This document shows, piece after piece, positions 41,101 to 52,100 of a stretch of DNA of 64,000 nucleotides. Each line of letters starts with the position of its first letter. The stretch's first letter is position 1. The notes under the pieces are model-generated. The model did not search any database. It was given only the letters and a program-made list of their open reading frames with translations, and was not told the DNA's origin. The position numbers and the translations under genes were made by a program. Source of the DNA: a virus; IMG/VR virus record IMGVR_UViG_3300027733_000030, positions 32,001 through 96,000 of that record, one strand, 5' to 3'.

Positions 41101-41342
41101 CCGATATTAGTCATATATATTGTGTCAGCATTAAGTGCAGTGTAGCCATCTAGAGTCGATGGTGAAGTAAGTTCTGTTCCGACATAGGTTTTATCACCTA
41201 TTGTATTTAATCCCAGTGCTGATCTTGTGGAAGAATAGTTCTTATATTGATCGTTGCTATATAAATTTATAGCGTCAGTCGTCCATATATTATCTGATTT
41301 ATTAAAATCAGAACTTTTTAAAAGTAGTAAATATTGCTTCAT
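35178..41342 (-). CDS. giant baseplate wedge (gp7/gpI-like N-terminus) with accessory adhesin-like modules and C-terminal Ig-like domains
   Basis: FDEFGARVSLPRLNLESNSNYKKRI wedge motif; follows baseplate J; duplicated FCCH-like/Gly-Thr modules; QTNDNGFA and TTNSDGTF Ig-like motifs. Confidence 0.7.
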   Translation of the reverse strand: MKQYLLLLKSSDFNKSDNIWTTDAINLYSNDQYKNYSSTRSALGLNTIGDKTYVGTELTSPSTLDGYTALNADTIYMTNIGEVIYEQATPSIQRFIDTSSRIDILSYRHIFTNIPGTISPTFNLQMYESDAEDGPWLKSALSGETNAIFIRNAKPYVKVELEIYADEIDINLLGLVFYLEIGIYDPIPPVISNSVRNILKRFPSWTALFEDSMADATPSLAIPQSTGGAFLNALLGENLDYISAQIDLYGINAYINSADINELAWCHVSYNVPPNINTITGDDIPLGRVSSLLDFFNSRSTDYVFYYNMLDRQLITMRNFSVLNINGIIYNQDPLNMYNDFDEFGARVSLPRLNLESNSNYKKRILDVTKNIPGVSADAYKKTIRRELDLWRAYGATPDSDYLGATPEILEISDIESSTDYFSEDGKPLPAFKQLVENLNIKYPSNLGYVNWGDGVWDYAGTLGEGISRIAAIYDTDTDLPAAYYQPGVGDFDDAKLIIDPVEAATISFSGSIEIGGTKLSSTPSYVYSPVDIHYSWYLNYTRTVSDYEAGRANDRGVALAYEIVLPPHDNYAATSTFYTNLSYLDRDDMYVGNRFLSTNSASPEFNLIKIFDQDGLTLTDLEFRNKVTNDVYYNTQATPASNSISIYDAASIKTTYSVRWDQATQAYITVPVAGYRASFNTSPIAYKSNPSANTSTTLTSPNIDYVNANLRIGSTVYTTKQEVKNSDVLTSNIVLNSINDISASGKENKIISFKDDLLDKIIYPPDSSLNYLYINAATPAIQNLYRSGSYSSHGGYAIDPYTQNSYLVPSSPNIKYAFHRSDDTAIGSKNYLTSATVNFLYPNYSHAITGAAFTIYGTTQYTTSRPHGFAVGDSITITGTTPSSYSTTRTIAGINSTNTFYFALFNGNPKSALAQGTTTFTASGTSVTAAATYTGKTQSATNGSGSGAVFTIQKTGSGTAYSGFITVTITAGGSNYQVGNTITIPGASLGGTTPANNLTLTIATKADGLYSSGGTASNPRATPDYIIVDAATPTTHYPFDKISNDIFTATTTPNVFTGYIDENNNTYNKINESKNYFYNQDKFLQTIDLNRTSFNLDLEDIYNINYVKFTTTPNSIETYVDNPEILLESLNSSISSSEKTYVNVNAKRTNLNESSYLTGLNTGWLYLDQDQHYIYANPVTQNHNGKFFNIELTSIPRFGAPVIINVASDSATPAVQYRNLIFTDSATPGKASFYNTENVLGNSGNSLYLAYENISKISVKDLYTGKTLYNNLSTATNVISPFSEATPSVQGREYEVVYYVNNAFYVDKDVYSSTKDSYVANLYLSSTPPQTTSNINSAVYSSTNNRTSYITSKSHGFSVGDTATIAGTTPNSYSTTGTVTGVTSPTAFYLGSFNGNPKSALAQGTTTYTSSGTSITTAATYTGVTQSGTNGSGSGAVFTIVKTGSGTAYNGFITVSPVRTNLCLNPSFGANTTGWQANNATNVRTAGTIAGGSGSWSLVSTASSAATYGVYYGLNTSRVGDTLTASISCLRKSGSRSYRIQMQFYTGALTLISTVSGTASTCATSTRLSVTGTIPANTVFINFTVYSTGTGSSGDSHQIDALLIERSLTVNDYFDGNTANASWTGTADNSSSTIVAGGSNYQVGNTITIPGTSLGGTTPTNNLTLTIATKADGLYSSGGTVVTPNSPATYEIVYESDYMNNHNSIDLDINQVSNPLEEGYVYIDTHEYEYGSIEAYLSPAHITDSPEDLMYLSIVSYDINGNLKPNMSFDISGTEIEAEDSQVQTNDNGFATTIVRYTGTIPAITDESSILISGITDTPTAGHQKIIPFKIYTNNKFYLQVKATPVRYSIQADGLTNVSIVGRVYWKNKPFEHAIGLNWIKERTLLDLFDGTPADSITTNSDGTFVINNDIVSQSNTNPGHWFLKIEIDDPIIVRNLLINDGEDLSLDAVTISGDIVYWNEAYDNVQYANEGLPLPSSFIHSKQQNSDLTATPNFVYKYSDSSSVITNNATPNWIPEQWVPLRKFDQYQLKLFGSTPEYITTLENSHPDYEEQ
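36301..38810 (-). repeat. dispersed duplication of a ~170-aa module (copies at ~38290-38810 and ~36300-36440 plus ~36972-37330)
   Basis: Identical 47-bp run at 36301-36347 and 38296-38342; shared FNGNPKSALAQGTTT, TNGSGSGAVFTI and AGGSNYQVGNTITIPG. Confidence 0.9.
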
Positions 41343-41354
41343 GCAACAACCTTT

Positions 41355-42524
41355 TTAATAATTAGAGGATCCTATTATAACAGAATATATATTAACATTT
41401 CCAGCTGTAATATATTCTTTTATACTATTAGGTATAAAATCTTTTAATGGGAGTTCTCTTCCATCCGCAGTAAATGTATTAATAGTTACCCCTCTTATAA
41501 GATCAGAAGAAAGTTTTATTTGCTGTTCAATTTGCGATAATGAAATAGTATCACCAATAGTCATTGAATTTAAATACCGCTTAACGAATAAAGATGCTTG
41601 ATTGCGCACTCCATTAATAATAGAATCTGAATTTCCAGATGAAAGAGTCACAGTTGCCGACACACTAACGCTAATCTTTTCAGCAACTCTGACGTTAAAC
41701 CTAACTCCTACTGGCTTAACAGCACTGATTGCACTGAGAATGGCTTGGGGCAGAGCTTTAATGGCAGATGATACTTCTGGGACAACTATGATGTCACAAG
41801 AACCTATACCATAAGAGGCCTCACGTATTCTAACATCCTTAACGCCTTTTACAGAAAGGGCAGCAAAACGTACAGATTCAACTGTTCCTGGAGCCTTAGT
41901 CTTCATAGAGGCAAGGATTCTTCTGCGATAGTTGTCATCAGACTCTGAGGTAATATTTGAATAAATTTCTTTAGGGTTATTCGAATACACTACAACTGTT
42001 GGGGGAGCAATAAAATTGTGCTTAGTAAGTGAATTTTTAGGAGCTACATAAGAGTTATCGGAGAAATTAGGTTCAGCTCTACCGTAAGATCTGGTGGCTC
42101 CAGCCGGAATAGAGACTGTTGATGACAGTTTATAGCTATATTGTTTGCTAGTGAAATTAGATACGTCATTATATAGCAGTGTCCCTGCTGGTATAGTCAC
42201 ACCAGCACTATGGGGTTTATCAATAAAGAATTCGATATTAAAAGATTGTCTTTCTTCTGCTACAAAATTTGTTACAGATTTTCTTGAAACACCATATAGA
42301 TCACCAATTAAGTCAAGATTTCTGCCAGAAGCTGTGCTCAAATTACTTTGAGAAACTGTAAATCTAAAAGCTTCATAAAGATCAGATATTTCAGAACTTA
42401 CTGATTCTGCAAAAGCTCTGGCTATAGATCCTGGATATATGGCTGTAATGCCAGCATTTTTTTCAAGTCCATTCAGTATGGAGACTAGGATTTCTGATTT
42501 ATTTTTAACGCCGTAAACAGCCAT
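41355..42524 (-). CDS. baseplate J-like wedge protein (T4 gp6 / P2 gpJ family)
   Basis: GSIARAF...ASGRNLDLIG...ESDDNYRRRI...GTVESV. Confidence 0.88.
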   Translation of the reverse strand: MAVYGVKNKSEILVSILNGLEKNAGITAIYPGSIARAFAESVSSEISDLYEAFRFTVSQSNLSTASGRNLDLIGDLYGVSRKSVTNFVAEERQSFNIEFFIDKPHSAGVTIPAGTLLYNDVSNFTSKQYSYKLSSTVSIPAGATRSYGRAEPNFSDNSYVAPKNSLTKHNFIAPPTVVVYSNNPKEIYSNITSESDDNYRRRILASMKTKAPGTVESVRFAALSVKGVKDVRIREASYGIGSCDIIVVPEVSSAIKALPQAILSAISAVKPVGVRFNVRVAEKISVSVSATVTLSSGNSDSIINGVRNQASLFVKRYLNSMTIGDTISLSQIEQQIKLSSDLIRGVTINTFTADGRELPLKDFIPNSIKEYITAGNVNIYSVIIGSSNY

Positions 42525-42905
42525 TTATGCTCCTAAAGTCTGACTAACAGATAAAACTACTGGTTGGTCAATATCCGAAATGATATGAACATCAAAACGA
42601 AGAGTATCTCTACCAGTAGGTACAGCATCTATTTTAATATTCCTACCCTTAAAAATGCCTTCTCTTTGCAATCCTGTTTGAATCAGCCTTTTGCCAAATT
42701 CACCGGTTTCTGGAGACTGGGGCATACCATATAGTAAGGATAAATCAATGCCTAGCATTGGATATACGTAAAAATCTCCTGGTTCAGTCATTAATCTGAT
42801 ATAAGCTTGCTGAACGTCGCTTTGCATGGAGGAGTTTGTAAGCACTATATCTTTATTGCCACCAATTAAAATATCCCCATTTAATGTAAAATATAAATCA
42901 CTCAT
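42525..42905 (-). CDS. gp25/W-like baseplate wedge (sheath initiator)
   Basis: 126 aa; RLMTEPGD...YPMLGIDL; position immediately upstream of the J gene. Confidence 0.75.
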   Translation of the reverse strand: MSDLYFTLNGDILIGGNKDIVLTNSSMQSDVQQAYIRLMTEPGDFYVYPMLGIDLSLLYGMPQSPETGEFGKRLIQTGLQREGIFKGRNIKIDAVPTGRDTLRFDVHIISDIDQPVVLSVSQTLGA

Positions 42906-43551
42906 TCATTTCCCTTAATGCTTTTAGGTGAGATTGATCAAAAGTAAGACCTTCTCTAATGTATTTTATCATTAGATCAATATGTTCTTTTGAATAATTC
43001 GAAGAATATGCTTCTAATAAGCCAATTTGTTCAAAAGTTAAATCAGATAAATTATCTTCTGAGGTATACGTCTGTTGAGGTATTATTTGCTGTTGGTTAA
43101 AACCATAGTCACCAGATATAGTAACGGTCTTTTGCTTTTCCTGATCTTCTAAATCGTTCATGCGGTCTAAATAATATGAAATTCCATTTTGTGCAGAATG
43201 AATGTTCTTATAATTTAATTTTACAAGTGTAGGCTCTGAATAATCAGATGATGAATAATTAAAATTATAGTTGTTCCACCTAAGCCCATCTTCCTTGCAA
43301 TGTAACCTAATTTCATCCCCAAATAATGAAATGCTTTTAGATCTACCGCTTATAACTATTCCAACTCCGGGAGAAGCAAAAATTTCTATATCACCTTGAT
43401 CATTTAATCTAATGAAACTAGCTAGATCGGGATGAGTTAATCCAACTTCTCTATCGGAAAACTCTCTTCTTTTTTGCATTTCTGCTTCAACTGGAAAATT
43501 GGCTTCTTGCCTTTTACCTTTTTTTAAAGCTTCATTATTTAAAATATCCAT
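42898..43551 (-). CDS. putative spike beta-helix-like baseplate protein
   Basis: VGLTHP...FIRLNDQGDIEIFA short-strand pattern; synteny. Confidence 0.45.
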   Translation of the reverse strand: MDILNNEALKKGKRQEANFPVEAEMQKRREFSDREVGLTHPDLASFIRLNDQGDIEIFASPGVGIVISGRSKSISLFGDEIRLHCKEDGLRWNNYNFNYSSSDYSEPTLVKLNYKNIHSAQNGISYYLDRMNDLEDQEKQKTVTISGDYGFNQQQIIPQQTYTSEDNLSDLTFEQIGLLEAYSSNYSKEHIDLMIKYIREGLTFDQSHLKALREMNE

Positions 43552-43919
43552 CAATGCACCATGAATCTGGGTATACCAGTATTGACTATAGAGTTTCTTA
43601 TATAAAATTTATTGCTAGTAACATCATCAAAATAATTAAGTACATATGGACTAGATTCATTGGTATCTCTAAAGCCCACTAAACAACGTGTTCCTACTGT
43701 TGGAGAAACGGATTGAACGCCTTTAACCATAGGGCACGGCACTGCTTTCAAAACATTACCCATACTATCGGAGTATTGTTCATCTAATATAATATCAGCT
43801 GTACTGTTGACCCTATCATAATTTACAATGATTCCAGGTCTTGTCCTGGATTTTTGCATAGCCGAATTGTCTATTTGATTTTGTATTTTTTTATCAAATT
43901 TTGGATAGTTAACTGGCAT
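43551..43919 (-). CDS. gp5/gpV N-terminal OB-fold-like baseplate spike component
   Basis: GIIVNYD...TADI...VPCP...PTVGTRCLVGF. Confidence 0.55.
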   Translation of the reverse strand: MPVNYPKFDKKIQNQIDNSAMQKSRTRPGIIVNYDRVNSTADIILDEQYSDSMGNVLKAVPCPMVKGVQSVSPTVGTRCLVGFRDTNESSPYVLNYFDDVTSNKFYIRNSIVNTGIPRFMVH

Positions 43920-43940
43920 TGTTTCTCCTATTTTTAATCT

Positions 43941-46100
43941 TTAAAATATTGTTCCAGACATCCACTCTTGTATATGTGGAGCAGATTTAGATGTGGCACC
44001 GTTGTTCGGATTAGCAAAGTATTTTGTTACCCAAGCTTTTAAGTTATCTTCTGTTTTATTAGTATTTCTAGTATAGACCGCTACGGCATCAGACCATTTA
44101 ACTCCTGTAATTGGACCATATGCTGGTCCGCCATCATAGTCTCCCCAAGCAGTTAGCACGTGCTGCATCTCGGGATTAGAACCAAGTTTTTGATCAGCTG
44201 GAAGTGGATACACTGGATCTCTTCCTGTCATTGTTTTGAATGCCATAAAAGCTTGATTAATTGGTATCCACAATCTATCATCAGTTGAATTTCTCGTATT
44301 AGTTTTATATTCTGCAGTAGCCTCATTGGCCTCAGATACACTTATATCTCTAGCAAAACCTTTCCATTGACTAAATGAACTAAGGTTAAAGTATTGCCAT
44401 CCTGATGCAGCCAGTTTCCAACCTTCGATGGGAGTTACAGTTGGCAGGGGGCTGAGGAAAGAATAGTGCCCATATGATAGCAGGTTAAGCTGAAGGAAGC
44501 CAAATGAATAGTCTCCAGATCTACGAATGGTAGGAGTCCAAGAACCAACATTACCTTCTCTTTGTGAAATTGCAGTAAGTACTGCTGCCAATTCTGGATA
44601 AGCTATAGTTCCTGTAAGAAGTTGGAAAATTTCATCAGCGGTTAATTCTCCAGTCCCAGCTGCTTTATAACTTTTTGTAAATTTAGAATCAAGAATATTT
44701 CCTGGAATTGTAACTCCTGCTGGAACATAAAATAATCCTGAAGCTGGATTTCCCGAAGTTGTGGCGGGTGGCGCTATAGGGCCAGTAGTAAAAGCTCCTC
44801 CTGGTCCAGTATAGATTCCAGCTCTTGCTGCACTAAAACTTATATGGATATGATTTCTGTGCTTTGCATCGGGATGGAATTTTATATATTTTAAATTTGG
44901 ATACTTTAATTTTACTGCTGCATCGTCTGCATCGTGGCCTACTCTTACGCCATACTCAGCTGCCAACTCGGGCATGTGCACTATAATATCGGGCATGATA
45001 TGGATAGGTAGTGTGCTTAGTGCCGTCATTAGCACATCCATTGCTTTTCTATATATCTCTACATTTCCAGCATTATCCCATGGGGAGTATTTTTCTCCAT
45101 TTAAGTCACCAGTGAAGTAAATATCGTAAGCCCTACCAAATCCATGATCTGATAAAGATCCATCTTCTTTTGTTCCGGCCTGCATTTCTTCCCGCCATCT
45201 ACCGGTTCCAAAACCACCACCAATTTGTATCTTTGCAGCTAGCGCAATTAGACACTCAATTAGAGCTGGAGATACGTAGGCAAGTTGATTAGGGGCTTTA
45301 ACTATATCAATGGGAACATCTTTTATATTTGTTGCTGGATCTATGTTAGGGAATTCAGATATTCCATCGCCTGCGTAAGATTGTGTAAAGCTATCATTAA
45401 TGTCAAAATAAAATCCACCAGTTAAATTGCTCCAGTCATCGACTACTCCTAAATCTTTTAATACTTTTCCTCTTTCAAGAATCCATACCTTTTCCTCAGC
45501 GGAGACCCTGCTAGTTATAGCAACCATTCTTGCTCCTGCTGTAGGATTACTAGAGTCTGGATTATAGGGCGTGTCACCGTGATCTGCTGGTGAATCTGAA
45601 TTTGCTGGAGAATTAGCAAAAGAATAGTCTTCCATAATAGAATCTGCCGCACCTTGAACAAAACCAGAACCACCTTGTTTTGCAGCTATGCTGTCAGCTA
45701 GAATTCTCGTAAAGGCTGCTCCGCCTGATATTGTAGTAGGCTTTGATGCATCGCCATCAGTGTATGCTGTACTTTCAGGGTTAACAATTGTCACTTTCGC
45801 GGTTGAATTAAATGTTGATTCTGAACCCGCGGTAATTAAAGAATTTAAAGAACTTCCAATAGACTTATTATAAAATGTAGTAGCAAATTTTGGCGATCTA
45901 TATAATATATCTCCAGATATAGCTTCGGATATAGTCCTGCTAGTAAGAGTTTTTCCAGTTACACCGCTTTTGCCAAAAGAAGTATTTTCAACAACAATTT
46001 TTCCATTTGGATATTTTGTACTTTTTGGATAATAGCTATCAAAAATAGCATTTGTTATTGACTGAGAATTTGATATTTGTTCACTATTTATGTCTACCAT
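43941..46100 (-). CDS. tail-associated peptidoglycan hydrolase: M15-like Zn peptidase plus lysozyme-like/SLT domain
   Basis: SDHGFGRAYD...HRNHIHISF (H-x6-D...HxH); AISQREG...GDYSFGFLQLN. Confidence 0.75.
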   Translation of the reverse strand: MVDINSEQISNSQSITNAIFDSYYPKSTKYPNGKIVVENTSFGKSGVTGKTLTSRTISEAISGDILYRSPKFATTFYNKSIGSSLNSLITAGSESTFNSTAKVTIVNPESTAYTDGDASKPTTISGGAAFTRILADSIAAKQGGSGFVQGAADSIMEDYSFANSPANSDSPADHGDTPYNPDSSNPTAGARMVAITSRVSAEEKVWILERGKVLKDLGVVDDWSNLTGGFYFDINDSFTQSYAGDGISEFPNIDPATNIKDVPIDIVKAPNQLAYVSPALIECLIALAAKIQIGGGFGTGRWREEMQAGTKEDGSLSDHGFGRAYDIYFTGDLNGEKYSPWDNAGNVEIYRKAMDVLMTALSTLPIHIMPDIIVHMPELAAEYGVRVGHDADDAAVKLKYPNLKYIKFHPDAKHRNHIHISFSAARAGIYTGPGGAFTTGPIAPPATTSGNPASGLFYVPAGVTIPGNILDSKFTKSYKAAGTGELTADEIFQLLTGTIAYPELAAVLTAISQREGNVGSWTPTIRRSGDYSFGFLQLNLLSYGHYSFLSPLPTVTPIEGWKLAASGWQYFNLSSFSQWKGFARDISVSEANEATAEYKTNTRNSTDDRLWIPINQAFMAFKTMTGRDPVYPLPADQKLGSNPEMQHVLTAWGDYDGGPAYGPITGVKWSDAVAVYTRNTNKTEDNLKAWVTKYFANPNNGATSKSAPHIQEWMSGTIF

Positions 46101-46101
46101 A

Positions 46102-49100
46102 TTATCCTGGTGTTCCTACTTCTATAGGCATTGCTGCCGATTCACCCGCTGTGATTGTTGATTGAGATTCTTTCTGAAGATCTTTAACATAAACTCTAGC
46201 TAAATTATTAACTACTAATTCCCAGTTTAATGTATATGGGTGACCATTTTCAAAATACTCATCCCAACTGACTTGAGGCCATTCTGAAACTAGATTATAA
46301 ATTTCCTCTAAAATCTTCATGTAAACTAATATATTATATTTATTTATATTTTCTTGAGAAAGACCATATAAGGGATCTTGATCATCAAGATTATCAAAAT
46401 AATTTTCTTTTATAGTAGATTCTATATTGTTATATATTTCATTAAATTTTATTCTAAATGGCGATTGATCATACATATCATCTTGAACCTTAGATAGAAC
46501 TGTGTCTAAAGATCCTATGTTATCTCTGAATAAATTGTTAATATTTACTTTATGCTTACCTATATTTTCTTCAGGAAGATAATAAAATATTGTTCCAATT
46601 GTTCTTGAGAATTGATCCTTTACATAATTAGCGTCAATATTTTGAGATGCGCCTGCCTCGTAATCCTGTTCTAAGACTGCTGTTGTTCCAGTTCTGGTTG
46701 GATTAACTCTTAATACAAATATTTTATCCGTCAAAGCTTTAATCGTAAATAATTTAGCTTTACCACCAGGAGTGGAAACATCTAATAGACTTAAATTATC
46801 ATTTGCATTTATTGGATTAGTTGGAGTATCTGGATACCCAACTTTACCTTCCATGGTATTAATTTCGGAAGTGTTCATTCCATCAAAACGAACCTTAAAA
46901 GTAGCTCCGGATAATACATCTTCAACTTCAATTGTGTCACCGTCAACAAAGTGAATTACTTTACAAAGTATTTTGAATTGTGGTTCAAGTCCGGCTTTTT
47001 CTGGACCAAGTCCAGCTAATTTCAAAATTTTACCATGAACTAGTGCATTCTCATAACTAGTATATCTGACTAAATCTGTGATTTGACTTTCATTCCATCC
47101 AAGACTCTTGAATAAATCATCACTTCTGATGTATGCATTTCCTTCAGGTGTTCTGACTTTAGCTCTAACTCCAAGAATGCCTGGAAGTAGTGCTTTAGAA
47201 TGATATTTTCCTACAACCATTCCTTGATTATATGAAAGACCGGCATCCATTGGTTGACCATTTCTATTCAAATACTGCACATAGCATCCGTGTTGATCTA
47301 GTACCTTATCTCTAACCCAGCTCCAACCCTTCCATGCTAATTGGCCAACTAGTGGTCCTCCTATTGCTGCCCCAACAAGACCTGCAGGAGTAACTGCGCC
47401 CAATAGTGCACCGGCTGCCAATCCTCCCGCTAAGATTGCAAAACCCGGAGCTGCGCCCTGTCCTGTTGCTTGTCCCTGTTTTATTAGTTGATCTTTAACA
47501 TCTGGCATGCTTTGTGCAGTTTGATTAGCCATAACATCTTTAACTAACGCACTTGAGCCATGTGTAAATTGGAATCCACCTAATATTTGAGGAGAGAGCG
47601 CTTGGCCGAGAGCATCCATTGATATATTGCCGCCAACAGATATTCCAGAATTACCAGACTTAATTCTATCTAAATAGATTCTAGTATCGTTTCTAATCGT
47701 TTGAACATTCATCCAAGAATGGATCCAAGATGTCATGAACCATCTTGCGGGATCATTTACGGTAACTAAGGCATTTGGTGTTATGGAAGTAATGTAACCC
47801 AACTCTGCAGTAAAGTGATGTATTACCTGTTCTACTTCAAATATGCCATACATTCTTTCATAAACGTCGGCCAAATATATTAGATCGTGCGGTCTAATAT
47901 CTGAGTTTCCAATGACTATTAATTCTCCACCATATATGTCTTTGATAGATTCCTTAAGATGAGAGAGTGCAACTCTTCTTGCTGATAATTCATCTGGAAC
48001 TCCTTGGACGTTTTTTGCTACTCCTCTAAAAGTTTCCAATGGGTGCATTAGGGGGTGGAGGAATCCTGTAAATCCAGAACCAACCATATTGTCAAAGTAT
48101 ATTCCAGTTTCAACAGTTTTTTCTACTTGTCTTTCAGCGGGAGCGCCCTTATCTAGGGCAACCGTTACTGGGTATTTTCCGTCGGAAACTGCAGTTATTA
48201 CTGTAGCTACATTATTTATATTTTCTTGAATTTGATTAGATAGAATATGTGAGAAAGAACTTATGTAATGCAATCTTTGGAATGGTTCACGCACTTCCAT
48301 GACCGGTTCACCATATTCTCTAGTGAAAGGATTGTCTACAGCCCTAAGAAGTGTTCCTGGTCTGCCTAGCGAATAGTAAATAGAATCATTAAGTGCCTTA
48401 TTTAAAATGTTAGCTTGTTTTTTAAAATTACCTGCTTCAGAAAGCGCATATCCCATTTGTTGCATGGACAATTTAAACATTGACAAAAGACCAGTAAGTC
48501 CGTCAGATATAGCAGTAAAGATGGGTCCAATATTCGTATTCCAGAAATCATTGATTCCATCAACAACCTCACCAACAATATTAGTAGCACTATTGCCTTC
48601 ACCTCTAGTTGAAACTAATAGTTGTCTAAATTTATCTTGCTTACCTGGCTTAGCATAATCATTATATGGGTCGATAAATGCTCTAAATATTTTATCTACT
48701 GGTTTAAAACTCCATTGATCTTTTCCAGTTTTCTTTCTATCTGGCTTTAGAACTAACCAAGCTCTGGCATATGGATCTTCCCACATTCTCTGACGGAAAA
48801 TTCCAACCATTAAAAGGAATAATTGTTTTGGTGTTTTAATTTTTTTAACTAGTTCAGCTGTAAGAGTTGGACTTTCTGAATCGGAAGATAGACTGAACAT
48901 CAATGTATTGCTAAGTTTTGTGTTTTTTTCACTTAGGAAATTGTCATGGATTGCCCCTAGAGATTTAACGACAACCGCATTAAAGTAATCTATTAATCCA
49001 CCTTGATCAATACTTGCATCAATATAATTCTGCCTGGCAAATTCAATCGCTGCCTTATAGCTTTCATCACTAAAGGTGTCGGCGCTTGATGAATTAGTTT

Positions 49101-52100
49101 CATCGTTTACTGTATTAAGATTGGATGTAAAATCTGAACCTAAAAGTACTGCAAATTCATCTACTGCGCCTACTGTGCCACCTATAGAATTATTGAAGTG
49201 AGCTATGGGTGTATAGCCTGCATAATTAGATCCAGTAAGTATATTCTTATAAAAATCTGGAAATTCATTTTCGTTATCTGGATCTAAACTAAATGTGTCA
49301 AAAAATATTTTTTTAACACTCTCATACGTATGATAACCAAACCTAAATTGATCCCAAATATCTTCTGCCATTCTTAATGTTCTTCCATCGCCAGCAATGA
49401 CTGATACTGACGCATCAAAATTTTCGTCATAGTATGATCTAGCTTCAACACTAATTAAATCTAAAGGAGAATATACTTCAGCAAATGAAACTCTTCCAGA
49501 GCCTGTAGAGTTATCTGGCCCTGTTGTAGTTAATTCATCATCTAGTATTTGATAAAGATTATCTCTTCCCAGGGAACTGTAATCTGCATCTATTACAGCT
49601 TGAAAATATGTTTTTTGATCTCCCTCATTTATGACATTAAGCGGATTGCCGCCATATTGCAAGCCTTCAACGTTAGAAACTAATGAAGTGTCAATAGGAC
49701 TAAACCGAGTTAGCGAATTATTAAACGCATTAGAAATAGCACTTGTCCCAAAACCAAAATCTACGACAGGCGCGCTGGGGTCGATGAATGCTGACCCTGT
49801 TGCATAATTTGTAGAGCCTTCTTTTGGTTTGAACGATCCAAACCCAATGACTTGCCCCATTTCAGAGTCAATAATTTCACCAGTTTGATTTTTTAAGGAA
49901 AAGTTAACTGCTGGAGCAATAGATGAAGACACTACGCCAACTGGAGTTTCATCTGGCACAAAAGCCATATAGCATTCTTGCATAATTGGATAGGGTCTGA
50001 ATCCAGAATTTCTCCAGTTATTCATGTTTTTTATTCCATCATCTGTACCAGTAGCAGCAGAGACATCCATGTTTTCTTCATTAGAATTTCGTGTGATTAT
50101 ACTCAAGTAATAAGCTGCGTCCGGTGACACTACTGCGCTAGACAATTGGGACTGTTCATCATTGGTACTAATTGTTTTTTCATTACCCCATAAGAAATAT
50201 GCTGGACGACAAACTACTGCCCTTTTATTGTTTGGATTATAAACTAAAACTTTTCTAGACTTATAGTCTTTTACTGTTCCGTATAAATCTTCAAAGCCAT
50301 AATTAGATTTAAATTGACTAATAGTGTCTTCATCTGCTCCAATTTTACTTGTTTCACTTTGTGAGACTGGATGATATGGCCATTTCATAGCTATATAAAA
50401 TTGTTCATCTTCAGCTGTTGCCGGGGAGCCCCATTCTTGGTAGGTTAATTCTCCGTAGTTACCCTTTTGATATTCAAAAGAAAAATTATCATCAACATTA
50501 TTTGCAGCTATATTTCCTTCAGCGTTCCTTGACCCTAGCCCACTCATTCTAGGTAAGGGCATTTTAATTACTTTATAGTCTGGCATAAGGTTTAGCGCAT
50601 CAAAATTAAGCTGTGCTAGATTTAATGGACTATCAAGATTGATAGTATCGTCAGATGGAATAAGTGTTAATTTTGATTGTTCAAAGAAAATATACTCTAA
50701 ACTTTGAAGTTTTAATAAATTATTATAATAATCCTTATTACCTTCAGTGATGTGATCACCATCGCTATCATTCATAAACTGCTTAATATCTACAGCAATA
50801 TCTATAAAAGATGAATTAATAAGTTGATCTGAAGGAAGATCTTCATTAGCGGTAAAATATGGAAAACTGAATCTTGGGGGTAAATTCCCCAGTTGTTGAT
50901 GTTTACTCTCTTGATTAGGTCGACTGTCTTGCGTCCCACCGTTGGGGACTCCATATGGCAAGTGGAGGCCGACATTAACATAACCTTTAGAAACTGGTAA
51001 TTTAGCTAATATTTTAGTAGGAGCCGCTGGATCATAATACGTTGAAGATGGTTGCGCATAAAAGTTAATTACTTTTCCTACTACACTGGATGTCGGTGCG
51101 TATATACCACTTGAGGTTAACATGGATTGTGACATATCTTGAAATGTTTGACTTGGTTCAGAAGCTTGAAAGAATGCCGCGTAGTCAGCTAAAGGATTAG
51201 TATCTTTATTGATTTTATCTAAGATAGAAATTAAATCTTGATCAGGATTTTTCATTTGTGGTGCAATAATACCTAATTCTTCTGCTTTTTCTTGCCCAGG
51301 AAAACCAGTAGTAATTGGCACTACGCCAGATGTATATAGCCAATGTGGCTTACCGTAAAAAACTGTTGATCTATCCTCAAATGGTCTAACTGCAACGATA
51401 TAGTTTGGCAATAGTCTTGCGCACATTTCAAATAAATCCCAAACAGTTCTCATATAAGTTTGAGCTCTAAATGAAACCTCATCAAAACCGGGTAGGTCAT
51501 CATCTGAATTAGGCGATATAATTCCTAACGTTCTAAATAAATTTGTGCCACCTCTACCACGTATAACGCCAAGCAGTCCTGCACCTGCTACCGCCCCAAC
51601 ACCCATGCCGCCTAAAGCAGCGGCTCCAGCGGTTATTCCTCCGGCAAATAGGCCCTTAACTAATCCAGCTCTTCCATCTGAATTGACAAGTTGATTATCT
51701 TGCGTTAAGAAATCTAATGTATTATTACCACCGGTGTCCGATAACCCATAGTTCTCCATTTGACTAGATTCAATTAATTTATTCCAACTACTATCAGTTA
51801 ATCTACCCAGGTAACCATCCGTCCTGTCGTTATAGCTATCTTCTTTGACCAGAGAAGATGCTGTGGACCAACCGTCATCCAAGTCCCCCCCAAGGAATTG
51901 AGCTATACCTGTCCCGTTGCCTGGATAAATATTTCTTTTGAATATTTCAAGATCAACTTGGGCACAGAAATTGGAGAATAATTGACCAACCGCAGAGAGA
52001 GAATTTCCTCTATAATTTAGACTGAAACCTTCAGTTATGCCAACTGCTTTATTCATGAAACTATTATTGCTACCCGCAATACTAAATGCTCCAGTAATAC

